In this document: piece after piece, positions 1-9,009 of the stretch
Layout: each line of letters starts with the position of its first letter
Position numbering within the stretch: the stretch's first letter is position 1
DNA from: a virus
IMG/VR virus record: IMGVR_UViG_3300037010_001286
Location: 18,149 to 82,148 of that record
DNA length: 64,000 nucleotides
Strand: one strand, 5' to 3'
Program-made: the position numbers and the translations under genes
The notes under the pieces: generated by a model
Databases searched by the model: none
Told to the model about the DNA's origin: nothing
Seen by the model: only the letters and a program-made list of their open reading frames with translations

Positions 1-21
1 GCTACTACTTTAAAGGATTTA

Positions 22-1338
22 ATGGGAACTTTTAGTTACTATAACCCTAAGACTGAGCAAACTAAGTCTAGTATTAAAGTTACTAAAGGTTCTATTTATG
101 TACCTAGAAATATTAATAAGCTTACTAAGATATTTGGTAATAACTTAGAGATAATTGATAAAACTTTAGTACCCAGTATATCAGCTCCTTTTAGTCTATC
201 TGATACCTTTGATTTAAAACCTGAACAACATGAAGCAATGATAAGTGTTTTGTCTAAATTATTAAAAGGTGATAATTCTGCTGTACTAAAAGCACCCCCT
301 GGGTTTGGTAAATCTTATACATTACCTTACGTTGTAAATTCTTTACAAACAAATACATTGATTATTGTAGATCGAACAAACCTAGCAGAGCAAATGATGA
401 GTGAATTTTCAGCTAATTGTAAAGACCTATCTATTACTGTACTTGGAGGTAAAAATAAAGTACCTACAAGTGTAACTATTGTTACCTTTCAGTTCCTTAT
501 TAGAAATAAGGATTTTATGAAAACTTATAGAGATTTCTTTGGTTTTATTGTAGTAGATGAATGTCACGTTATTGGTAGTGATGTTTTTACTACTGTAGTA
601 GGAAAATTTAATGCTAAATATCGTTTGGGTCTTTCCGCTACACCTACACGTTCAGACTTTATGACAGAACTTCTATTTGATGTAATGGGTACAAGTTTTG
701 TAAGTGGTAAAAGTGCTGATAACTTAAATGTTAATATGGTTATGGTAGATCACCCCGCAAAGTTTGCGTATGTATATGGTAACTATCGAAATGAATATGC
801 TAAGTTTTTAATATACAAAGGAATAGCTTTAGATGTTAAAAGTATCTGTAAAAATTTTAAGACCCTTAATAGATTTGGGTTAATTTATATAACAGAAACT
901 GATGCTCAACTATATTACGCATGGGTATTAAGAAAAGCTGGATTGAGGGTAGGAGTTATTAATAAAGATACCCCCAAAGAAGATAGACTACTATATATCA
1001 AAAAAATGGAAATAGAAGAGCTTGATATAATAATTTCAGGAGCTATTCTACAAAAAGGAATATCTATTAAAAGACTAGACTATATTATAAACCTATCTAA
1101 TTTAACTAAGGAGGCACATGAGCAATTGGTAGGAAGATTGCGTAGACATCATAAAACAAAAAAAGAACCACTATTTCTTGATTTTTTATTTGGAGGTCAT
1201 GCCCTATCTAAATCTTGGGATAGGGAGGAGTTAGCACGTAATCTAAAAAGAGAACATTCTGATAAGTTTACTAAGATAACAATTCAAAAACTTTTAATAG
1301 AAATTAAGAAACAATCTGATAAAGTAAAAAAAACATAA
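22..1338 (+). CDS. Superfamily 2 DEAD/DEAH-box helicase (T5 D10-like)
   Basis: Walker A APPGFGKS, DECH box, LSATP motif III, QLVGRLRR motif VI. Confidence 0.9.
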   Translation: MGTFSYYNPKTEQTKSSIKVTKGSIYVPRNINKLTKIFGNNLEIIDKTLVPSISAPFSLSDTFDLKPEQHEAMISVLSKLLKGDNSAVLKAPPGFGKSYTLPYVVNSLQTNTLIIVDRTNLAEQMMSEFSANCKDLSITVLGGKNKVPTSVTIVTFQFLIRNKDFMKTYRDFFGFIVVDECHVIGSDVFTTVVGKFNAKYRLGLSATPTRSDFMTELLFDVMGTSFVSGKSADNLNVNMVMVDHPAKFAYVYGNYRNEYAKFLIYKGIALDVKSICKNFKTLNRFGLIYITETDAQLYYAWVLRKAGLRVGVINKDTPKEDRLLYIKKMEIEELDIIISGAILQKGISIKRLDYIINLSNLTKEAHEQLVGRLRRHHKTKKEPLFLDFLFGGHALSKSWDREELARNLKREHSDKFTKITIQKLLIEIKKQSDKVKKT

Positions 1339-1348
1339 AAGGATACGC

Positions 1349-1903
1349 ATGGAACTTGAAATATCTAGCAATAGTAAACCACCTAAAACTGTGTACTATG
1401 ATGAGAAAAATAAGACTTATAGTATTTATATCTTTGATGATATTGGATACCCGTTTCAGTATATTAAAGTATTACAAGCATTAGACAAAGCATCAGCTGA
1501 TAGCACAATTAAAATCTTTATTGGCTCTAACGGAGGTCTATTAGATACTACAATTGCTTTAGTAGAACATATAAAAAATTGTAAAGGTACTACAATTGCA
1601 TACGTAAGTTTTGCAGCCAGTGCTGCTACTATATTAGCTCTTGCTTGTGATAAAGTTTATCTATATCAGAACTCATACTTTATGTGTCATAACTTCTCAA
1701 CAAGAGGTTCAGGAAAAGGCGCAGAATTAAAGGCTAGAGCTGCCTTTGATGATGCGTGGTCTAAGCTTGTCTTTGCTAGTTTGTACAAAGGATTTATGAC
1801 TGAAGCTGAGATTGATGAAATGCGTAATGATAAAGACTTTTGGATGCTTCAACCTGAAGTGGAAAATAGACTTCGAGCAATTGATAAACTTTTAGAACAA
1901 TGA
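1349..1903 (+). CDS. ClpP-like serine protease
   Basis: IGSNGG, AASAA (catalytic Ser), FMCH (catalytic His), DFWM near the C-terminus. Confidence 0.85.
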   Translation: MELEISSNSKPPKTVYYDEKNKTYSIYIFDDIGYPFQYIKVLQALDKASADSTIKIFIGSNGGLLDTTIALVEHIKNCKGTTIAYVSFAASAATILALACDKVYLYQNSYFMCHNFSTRGSGKGAELKARAAFDDAWSKLVFASLYKGFMTEAEIDEMRNDKDFWMLQPEVENRLRAIDKLLEQ

Positions 1904-2634
1904 ATGTAGCTTTAAAGTTCCTTGAATATTTAAATTCAAGGAGTCCTGAAGCTCCTAGCAAAAGTGTTGAAGAACTCTACAACTTATATAAATATTCTTC
2001 TGTGTTTATTCCCCCTAGTAGTATTACTGTAACCGAGGATACTGTAACCCCTGTTTATCGTTTTAAGGTAGATAAGTTTATAGATCTTGTAAAATATTTA
2101 GATACTATTACCATTCAACAGGAAGATATTGATAGAGTAAATGAGTTTCTTAAATCATGTTCTAAACTAGAAGTCAGGGCTTTTACAAAGATATTGACAA
2201 CACCTAAAAAGATATTTACTCGTTTCTTGCCACTACCTGAGGTTGACCCAGGGCAATGTGTTATTCAAGTAGTACCAAAAAATACTACTCGGTTAATTAT
2301 AAAAGTGTATAAAGGTGATATTAAAGTTTTAAAAGGTAATCCTAGTAAAGAACAACTACTATCCTTGCAAACTAACTTTATACATTATACTGGTATTTTA
2401 TACTTTTTTATTGACGAAGAGTTAATATATTGGTATGATTTTAAGAGTAACTTGCTTACAACAAAGAGAATGTTATATCTAAGTTCTCAAAGAGAGTCCA
2501 AGATTTTAAAAATCTTAACCCCTTATTTCTTTAATAGCTTTGTAGAGGCTTTGAGGTATTATTATACTTCTGAAATAATATTAAAGCCTCTTAAAGGTAC
2601 TTTTAAAGACATCTATATTTTTAAAGGAATGTAA
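1900..2634 (+). CDS. Hypothetical protein; probable degenerate ATP-dependent DNA ligase paralog
   Basis: KFIDLVKYLDTITIQQEDIDRVNEFL aligns by eye with ligase KFMDIAKFLSENSINAEHLRNTINFL; no KxDG motif. Confidence 0.55.
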   Translation: MNVALKFLEYLNSRSPEAPSKSVEELYNLYKYSSVFIPPSSITVTEDTVTPVYRFKVDKFIDLVKYLDTITIQQEDIDRVNEFLKSCSKLEVRAFTKILTTPKKIFTRFLPLPEVDPGQCVIQVVPKNTTRLIIKVYKGDIKVLKGNPSKEQLLSLQTNFIHYTGILYFFIDEELIYWYDFKSNLLTTKRMLYLSSQRESKILKILTPYFFNSFVEALRYYYTSEIILKPLKGTFKDIYIFKGM

Positions 2635-2828
2635 TGAAAGTTTTAATAGAAAATATCTCTATAATGGGATTGAGACTTACTCATTTTGCCCAACTTATGC
2701 AATACTTAGAGGATAGAGATAGAGAGGGCTGGTACTATGGTAATAGAAAACAGTTTGAAAAAAGACATGAAGAACTACGTCAATGGCTTACTAATACTAT
2801 TGTTTTATTAGGTAATAACAATGGATAA
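2634..2828 (+). CDS. Small hypothetical phage protein
   Basis: TAATG overlap with the upstream gene, AAGGA RBS. Confidence 0.7.
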   Translation: MKVLIENISIMGLRLTHFAQLMQYLEDRDREGWYYGNRKQFEKRHEELRQWLTNTIVLLGNNNG

Positions 2829-2997
2829 GTTAGAATATCAAAGGTTAGTTAAAGAAGTTCCACTGTCCAAAACTTGTTTGGATGTTGTAGTCATCCAGGA
2901 TAGATATATAAAACATCTTGAGGCTGTTAATGAAAATTATAGTAATACAATAATAAAATTACGTACTCAAGTTAAAAAACTAAAGGAAAACAAATGA
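2821..2997 (+). CDS. Small hypothetical protein (58 aa, not in ORF track)
   Basis: ATG 2821 to TGA 2997 fills the gap; ATGA overlap with the polymerase start. Confidence 0.6.
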   Translation: MDKLEYQRLVKEVPLSKTCLDVVVIQDRYIKHLEAVNENYSNTIIKLRTQVKKLKENK

Positions 2998-5567
2998 CAA
3001 TATTTACACTTACACCAAAAGCTGAACCAAAAGCTCTAATTATTCTTCCTGAGAAAGTTTGTAATATGGGAGCAGCTAATTTCCTCCTTACTAAACTTAT
3101 TCAACCTTTAGGACTTAGTGTCAATGACTTTGCATTTGCTGGTGCATATGTTCCTGAAAAAGGTAGATTAAAGAAAGATGACTTTATTTCAGAGTTCAAT
3201 GAAATTTTAAGTTACTGTGAGGTTCATAATATCAAAGTACTTGGTTGTGGTAACTCGGGTTATTATGAGTGGCTTACCGGAGATAAAAAGTTCCAATTAA
3301 ACATTGGTAGAATTGTTAAAGGTATTAACATTGCAGAAGATTTTTCAGTAGCACCTATATTAAATCCAGTTATCCTTAATATGTTTCCTGACCGTGCAAA
3401 AGAATTACATAGAGGAATATCAGCTATCAAAAATTTACTTAGTGGTACTTATACTGACCCAGTTGAAACTCTCGACTTAACCTTAAATGCTATATTAAAA
3501 GACCCTCAAGATATTTACATTCATCTTAAAGCGTGGATTGATGCCCCTGAATTATTTGTGGATATTGAGACAACTGGTCTCGCTTGGTATAATGATAAAA
3601 TATTGACTATAAGCTTTGGGTTAAATGAAAAAGAGGCATTTTGTGTAGCTGTACATGAAAAGTATCATGACACTGAAACTTATATGAAAATAGTCAAGAC
3701 CCTTAAAGCTTTCTTTACACAGTATAAAGGTAAACTTATTGGTCATAACTGGATAGGGTTTGACCAAGCGTTCATTGTACATGAAATTATGAGAGGTTTT
3801 GACTTTTCAATTGACCACGCCCCTATTATCAATATGTTTAATTTAGAGGACTCTATGCTACTCGCTTACGTTGAATATAATTCAACAGAAAGACCTTCTT
3901 TAGGTCTAAAAGAACTAGCATTTTCCTTTATGGGTGAATATGACGCTGATATAGATCAAAAGAACCTATATAATGCTGACCTATATAAGGTAGCAACTTA
4001 TAATAACTATGATGTTATTGCAACGTGTCGTATATGGAAACAATTAAAAGCAGAAGTAGCTGCTGAGAGTTTACCTCTTTATGATGTATATCAAGAGATA
4101 CGTGATATTGCTCATACACTTCTTAAAGTCAAGATGAATGGATTACGTGTTAACAAAGAGGGTGTTAAAGCAGCCATTGCTGAATTAGATGAAATGATTG
4201 TAGATAGTACCCTTAAGTTCCGAGACCATCCAGTTGTTCGTACGGCTGAAGAACTTCTTAATAAAGCAGCTTTTAAAAAGCATAATAGTACTTTGAAAAA
4301 TAAAAAGACTTGGGCAGATTATAAAGCAAATTATTATGAGCCTTTTAATCCTAGTTCCCCAAAGCAAAAGCAATTCCTGTTTTTTGAGGTATTAAATTTG
4401 CCTATTGTTAAAGTAAGTAAAACTTCTAAGCTCCCTAGTACAGATGCAGAGTCTTTTGAAGAATGGATGACTATGGATTTGCCAAAAGATACTCGTGAGG
4501 TATTAGAACTTATACAAGATATTCAAACTGCTGAGAAAGTAAATAACACCTACCTTCGTGCATTTTATGAGAGTAGTGTAGAAGTAAAACCTGGACACTG
4601 GAAAGTATTTACTAACTTTAATAGTACAGGAACAATTAGTGGTCGTTTAAGTAGTTCAGGGGGACTAAACTTCCAAAACTTACCTTCTAATAGTAAATAT
4701 GGTAAACTGATTAAAAAGCTTTTAATTTCAGATGATGGGTATATTATTCTTGCTTCAGACTTTGCTGCTCTTGAAGATAGGTTAATAGCTATTGAGGCTA
4801 ACGATAAAAATAAGCTACGTGTATTTACTGACGGGATTGACGGTCATAGCCTTAATGCCTACGCTTACTTTAAAGATAAGCTTGAAGAGAGAGGAATTAT
4901 TATTGATATTGATAGTGCAAAATCTATTAATAGAATTAAAACTGAAGCTCCTGATTTAAGACAATTGGGTAAATCAGTAACATTTGGTCTAAACTATGGA
5001 AGTAGTCCAAAGAAAATTGCTTCACAGTTAGGTGTTAGTATCCAAGAGGCTGAGAAAATTTATCAAGGATATTGGGAGTTATATGCCCCTACTAAAGCTT
5101 ATAATGACTTAGCTATTGAAGAGGCTAGAACAACAGGAGCAGTGGTATCTACATTTTCAGGGCTACGTGTTAAAATGGCTAGTATTAATGCTAGAGATGA
5201 GTACCTCAGAAGTAAAGAAGAAAGACGTGCAGCTAATTTTAAAATACAGTCGGGTAACTTTCTAACCCTTCGAGCATTGCACGGGTTTCAGAAGGCCATT
5301 GAAGATGCTGATATGTTGGGTAAAGTGTTTGTAACAAATACTGTACATGATAGTCTATATTTGCAATCTAAGGCGGATGAGGAGACTATTAAGTGGGTTA
5401 ATGATACTCTTATAGGTTTGATGTGTAGAGATTATAAAGAAAATCAAGCTATTAAGTTAGAGGCAGAACTTGATTTAGGTTTCTCTCAGAAAGATATGAT
5501 AACTATTAAAAATAACTGCCCTATTAAAGAAATTTCTATAGTTTTAGAAGAACTTCAAGGTCACTAA
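2994..5567 (+). CDS. polA: Family A DNA polymerase with 3'-5' exonuclease and an extra N-terminal domain
   Basis: Exo I DIETTG, TGTISGRLSS, motif A DFAALEDR, motif B RQLGKSVTFGLNYG (Phe at the 762-equivalent), motif C TVHDS. Confidence 0.95.
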   Translation: MTIFTLTPKAEPKALIILPEKVCNMGAANFLLTKLIQPLGLSVNDFAFAGAYVPEKGRLKKDDFISEFNEILSYCEVHNIKVLGCGNSGYYEWLTGDKKFQLNIGRIVKGINIAEDFSVAPILNPVILNMFPDRAKELHRGISAIKNLLSGTYTDPVETLDLTLNAILKDPQDIYIHLKAWIDAPELFVDIETTGLAWYNDKILTISFGLNEKEAFCVAVHEKYHDTETYMKIVKTLKAFFTQYKGKLIGHNWIGFDQAFIVHEIMRGFDFSIDHAPIINMFNLEDSMLLAYVEYNSTERPSLGLKELAFSFMGEYDADIDQKNLYNADLYKVATYNNYDVIATCRIWKQLKAEVAAESLPLYDVYQEIRDIAHTLLKVKMNGLRVNKEGVKAAIAELDEMIVDSTLKFRDHPVVRTAEELLNKAAFKKHNSTLKNKKTWADYKANYYEPFNPSSPKQKQFLFFEVLNLPIVKVSKTSKLPSTDAESFEEWMTMDLPKDTREVLELIQDIQTAEKVNNTYLRAFYESSVEVKPGHWKVFTNFNSTGTISGRLSSSGGLNFQNLPSNSKYGKLIKKLLISDDGYIILASDFAALEDRLIAIEANDKNKLRVFTDGIDGHSLNAYAYFKDKLEERGIIIDIDSAKSINRIKTEAPDLRQLGKSVTFGLNYGSSPKKIASQLGVSIQEAEKIYQGYWELYAPTKAYNDLAIEEARTTGAVVSTFSGLRVKMASINARDEYLRSKEERRAANFKIQSGNFLTLRALHGFQKAIEDADMLGKVFVTNTVHDSLYLQSKADEETIKWVNDTLIGLMCRDYKENQAIKLEAELDLGFSQKDMITIKNNCPIKEISIVLEELQGH

Positions 5568-5583
5568 AAATAAAGGAAAATAA

Positions 5584-5883
5584 ATGAACGCAGTCTTAGA
5601 AGATTTATTAAATAATGGATGTGAGTTAATAGTAACTAAGAGTAATGAGGGACAACATGCCTATATATTCAAAGGGTTTTATAAGTATGGAGAAGTTCAA
5701 CTAACCCCTATTTTAGAGGGAAAATACGAGGGTAAATTATTATGCACCACTAGATATGGTATTACAAAACATATAAGTTCTTTTGAGGAATTTAAGGAAT
5801 GGAACATACAAGTATGGGAAATTTATAAAGACAGCTTTAAAGGTTGGTCTGCAATTGAGTACCCATTTAATATAGGGGCTTGA
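5584..5883 (+). CDS. Hypothetical phage protein
   Basis: AAGGA RBS, operon packing. Confidence 0.7.
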   Translation: MNAVLEDLLNNGCELIVTKSNEGQHAYIFKGFYKYGEVQLTPILEGKYEGKLLCTTRYGITKHISSFEEFKEWNIQVWEIYKDSFKGWSAIEYPFNIGA

Positions 5884-5884
5884 G

Positions 5885-6247
5885 ATGAAAGTAGCAGAAT
5901 GGAAAGCCAAACGAGCAGTATCTAATACAGTAAGTACAGAGTCTTTGAAGGAAGTTATTAATGATTATGAAAATAAACTCTGTACAATGCACTCACAAAT
6001 TCTTGTTCTTAACAGTGATAAAGAGAGATTAAAAGAGGAGATTAACAATCTTAAAAGTGAGATAAATCGTATTCAGGACACTGCTGATAAATATAGTAGG
6101 TGGTGGACTCAAGAACAAAATAAGGTTCGTAATGAAGTTAAAAGAACCGAAAAGTACAAAAGGTATTCTAAAAGAATAATTGAACTTATTAGAGCTAAGT
6201 GGTGGGTTCGTGGAAGGATGCTTAAATTTCTTTTGAAAGAATTTTAA
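5885..6247 (+). CDS. Hypothetical coiled-coil protein
   Basis: Heptad-rich sequence, operon packing. Confidence 0.65.
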   Translation: MKVAEWKAKRAVSNTVSTESLKEVINDYENKLCTMHSQILVLNSDKERLKEEINNLKSEINRIQDTADKYSRWWTQEQNKVRNEVKRTEKYKRYSKRIIELIRAKWWVRGRMLKFLLKEF

Positions 6248-6274
6248 CTAATCAATAAGTTTTATTTTTATCCT

Positions 6275-6341
6275 ATAACTACTCATATATGAGTAATTAA
6301 TCTATAAAAAACCGATTAATCATTCATATATGAGTAGTTAT
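6275..6341. repeat. 28-bp inverted repeat whose arms are themselves palindromic
   Basis: ataactactcatatatgagtaattaatc (6275-6302) versus gattaatcattcatatatgagtagttat (6314-6341), 26/28 complementary. Confidence 0.9.
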
Positions 6342-6422
6342 TAATAAACATACAATAGTATTGATTAAGCTTCGTTTTAGGACTTAAAACATATCATTCT
6401 ATATATTATCACAGGAGCCTCC

Positions 6423-7646
6423 ATGAACTTTGAAAAGTTATCACTAATAACTATATTACAACGAAAAGACCCTACACTACTCCAAACATTAAGTGTACAC
6501 CACTTTAAAAAACCTGCTCATAAAACGCTTTTTAAAGCACTCATAAGCTATAACAAACAATTTAGTAAAATCCCTACTGTTGATATATTATCATCTGCCA
6601 TACAGACTCAAATGGACGCTGATAAAGCATCTATATACGTTTCTATGCTAGAGTCGTTCAAAGAATATGATGGAGAACTTCCATCCTCTGAAGAAATTAT
6701 AAAGAACCTTGATGATGCTTATCTTATTGCTAATGTGGATGCTCATATTGAGCAATTAGTTGAAGCCGCTAAATCAAAAGATATTGAAACAGTAAAAAGT
6801 TTACTCAGTAAATTGGACAATTCCGTATCAACTAGTTCCAAAAAGCCTGAAAATATCCTTGATGTAACTTATGAACCCTCTAAAATTCGTACAATAGACT
6901 CTTGTATGGAGTCTATGAGAGCGAATAATCTTAAAATGGGAGGATTAGTACTAATTGGAGGTACTTCGGGAGGCGGAAAAAGTATTTATACCTTGAAACA
7001 ATTAATGTACTCCTTCTCAGTTGATAGAGTTCCTACTTGTTTATTAAATATGGAATTAGGACTTGATGAAACTATTGCACGAATGTATTCCCAGGCAACA
7101 GGAAAAGATTTTTCTGAGGTATATGGAAATACAAATCCATCAGTTGTAGCTAGTGTAAACTCTTGGAAACAAAAATACTTCTCAGGTGATATTGAGTTTA
7201 GAATTAAATCTATCAGATATTCTATTAGTGAAATTGAACATACTATTAGAACTCAAGCAGCTCAAGGCATAGTGCTATTTGGTATTGATTATCTACAAAT
7301 TGCAGATTTAGATGTATCTACTGAAGAGTGGAAACAATTATCTAAGTTAGTAAGACTCCTACACCAACTTACTCAAGAATTACAGATAGTAATTATAAGT
7401 CCTGTTCAAATTAACTTCAGTGACACAAAAATAAAAGATAATGAGCTTCAAGTAACTATCCGAGGCTCAAGAGAGTTAGAATTTAGCTCATCCGTTTTCT
7501 TATTTATTTATCAAACCCAAGAAGAATATAAAGAGAATGTTTGTAGAATTTTTACTGTTAAGGCACGTAATGCTAAGAAACAAATTTATCTAACTCAGAC
7601 CCTTTTCTCACAGATGAATTTTATTGATACAGGGGTAGTATTATAA
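6423..7646 (+). CDS. DnaB-like replicative helicase
   Basis: Walker A GTSGGGKS, LNMEL, IDYLQ, SPVQ, RGSRELE, VKARN. Confidence 0.9.
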   Translation: MNFEKLSLITILQRKDPTLLQTLSVHHFKKPAHKTLFKALISYNKQFSKIPTVDILSSAIQTQMDADKASIYVSMLESFKEYDGELPSSEEIIKNLDDAYLIANVDAHIEQLVEAAKSKDIETVKSLLSKLDNSVSTSSKKPENILDVTYEPSKIRTIDSCMESMRANNLKMGGLVLIGGTSGGGKSIYTLKQLMYSFSVDRVPTCLLNMELGLDETIARMYSQATGKDFSEVYGNTNPSVVASVNSWKQKYFSGDIEFRIKSIRYSISEIEHTIRTQAAQGIVLFGIDYLQIADLDVSTEEWKQLSKLVRLLHQLTQELQIVIISPVQINFSDTKIKDNELQVTIRGSRELEFSSSVFLFIYQTQEEYKENVCRIFTVKARNAKKQIYLTQTLFSQMNFIDTGVVL

Positions 7647-7700
7647 TAATCTACTCCAAAAAGTCTATTATAATAGCTATATTATTTTGTTGGAGAAAAA

Positions 7701-8597
7701 ATGCTACGTGAACTAATATTAAATAAATTAGAAGTAGAGGGACGGAAGTGGACTCCTAGCGGTAAAAACTTCATAATCACTCACTGCCTTAACCCTAATC
7801 ATCATGATAAAAAGCCATCATTTGCCATTAATCTTGAGTCAGGATTTGGTAAATGTTTTTCTTGCTCTTTCTCTGTCAATAAGAAATATTGGTTAGATGA
7901 TATGCAAAATGATGAGGATGTAATTGATGAACTTATGAGAGCTTCATTATATAATAAAATAGAGAAGTTATATGATACCAAGGACGTTAAAACTGCTCCA
8001 ACTCTTTATATGCCCAGTGTTAGCAGACCAGTTGAGCCAGGTTGGAGAGGACTTAATAAAGATACAATAGAAAAGTATCAATTATACATTTGTGAGTCAG
8101 GACACTTTCAAGATAGAGTTATATTCCCTATGTGGGATTACAAAGGTAACACTGTTGCTTTTAATTCAAGAGCACTTAACACTCCTTTAGAAGGTATGCA
8201 AAAATATAAATATTCTAAAGGTTTATTTGTAAATGAATTGATATATCCCCCTATTGATAAAGGTGTAAATTATGTAGTACTTGTTGAGGGAATTATGGAT
8301 GCTCTTCTTATGAAGCAAGATGGCATCAATGCAATTTTTAACTTTGGGATAAATATGACTTTCGGTAATAAGAAAATCTCCGAGTTACTTAAAAATGGTA
8401 TTGAAACTATTTATATTGGGTTAGATAATGATACTGCTGGTATTGAAGGAACTGTAAAGTACCTTACAAGTAGCCTTTCAGATTATTTTGAAATTAAACA
8501 CGCTAGAATGTTTAAAGGTCTTGTACCTTACTATATGAGTGGTTGCAAAGACTATGGTGAATTTAAAGAAAAGGAACTTAATGACTATAACAAATGA
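7701..8597 (+). CDS. DNA primase (CHC2 zinc finger + TOPRIM)
   Basis: CLNPNHHDKKPSF...CFSC, VEGIMD, LDND. Confidence 0.92.
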   Translation: MLRELILNKLEVEGRKWTPSGKNFIITHCLNPNHHDKKPSFAINLESGFGKCFSCSFSVNKKYWLDDMQNDEDVIDELMRASLYNKIEKLYDTKDVKTAPTLYMPSVSRPVEPGWRGLNKDTIEKYQLYICESGHFQDRVIFPMWDYKGNTVAFNSRALNTPLEGMQKYKYSKGLFVNELIYPPIDKGVNYVVLVEGIMDALLMKQDGINAIFNFGINMTFGNKKISELLKNGIETIYIGLDNDTAGIEGTVKYLTSSLSDYFEIKHARMFKGLVPYYMSGCKDYGEFKEKELNDYNK

Positions 8598-8958
8598 GTT
8601 AGCTGAGGCAGTATTAGATATTAAAGACTATAAGGTATATAGTGTATCTATTTATAATACAAATATACGAATTGAAAGATTTAGAATAGTCTCCGGAGTT
8701 ATAGATACCGAAGATTCCTCATATATAGATATTAACCTATATGAATTTATTTACTTATGTACAGTATGGGTAGATAAAAAAGGATATGGTATTCTATCCT
8801 CAACATGGGAGTGTTTTTTAATTGAGTTTACAAGAGGTTTAGTAGCGGAGTGGAGACACCAACCATATATGGAAATTCAAGCTGCCCAGTGGGTTTTAGA
8901 TAATAATAAAAGGAAGAACAATGGGCGTATATTTAGAAACTATGATTCACGAATATAA
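8581..8958 (+). CDS. Hypothetical protein
   Basis: Likely start ATG 8581 after AAGGA. Confidence 0.6.
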   Translation: MTITNELAEAVLDIKDYKVYSVSIYNTNIRIERFRIVSGVIDTEDSSYIDINLYEFIYLCTVWVDKKGYGILSSTWECFLIEFTRGLVAEWRHQPYMEIQAAQWVLDNNKRKNNGRIFRNYDSRI

Positions 8959-9009
8959 TAGCATTATTTTAGATGATACTAAAAAGCTAGTATGTTTTGA
9001 TTCTAGGGT

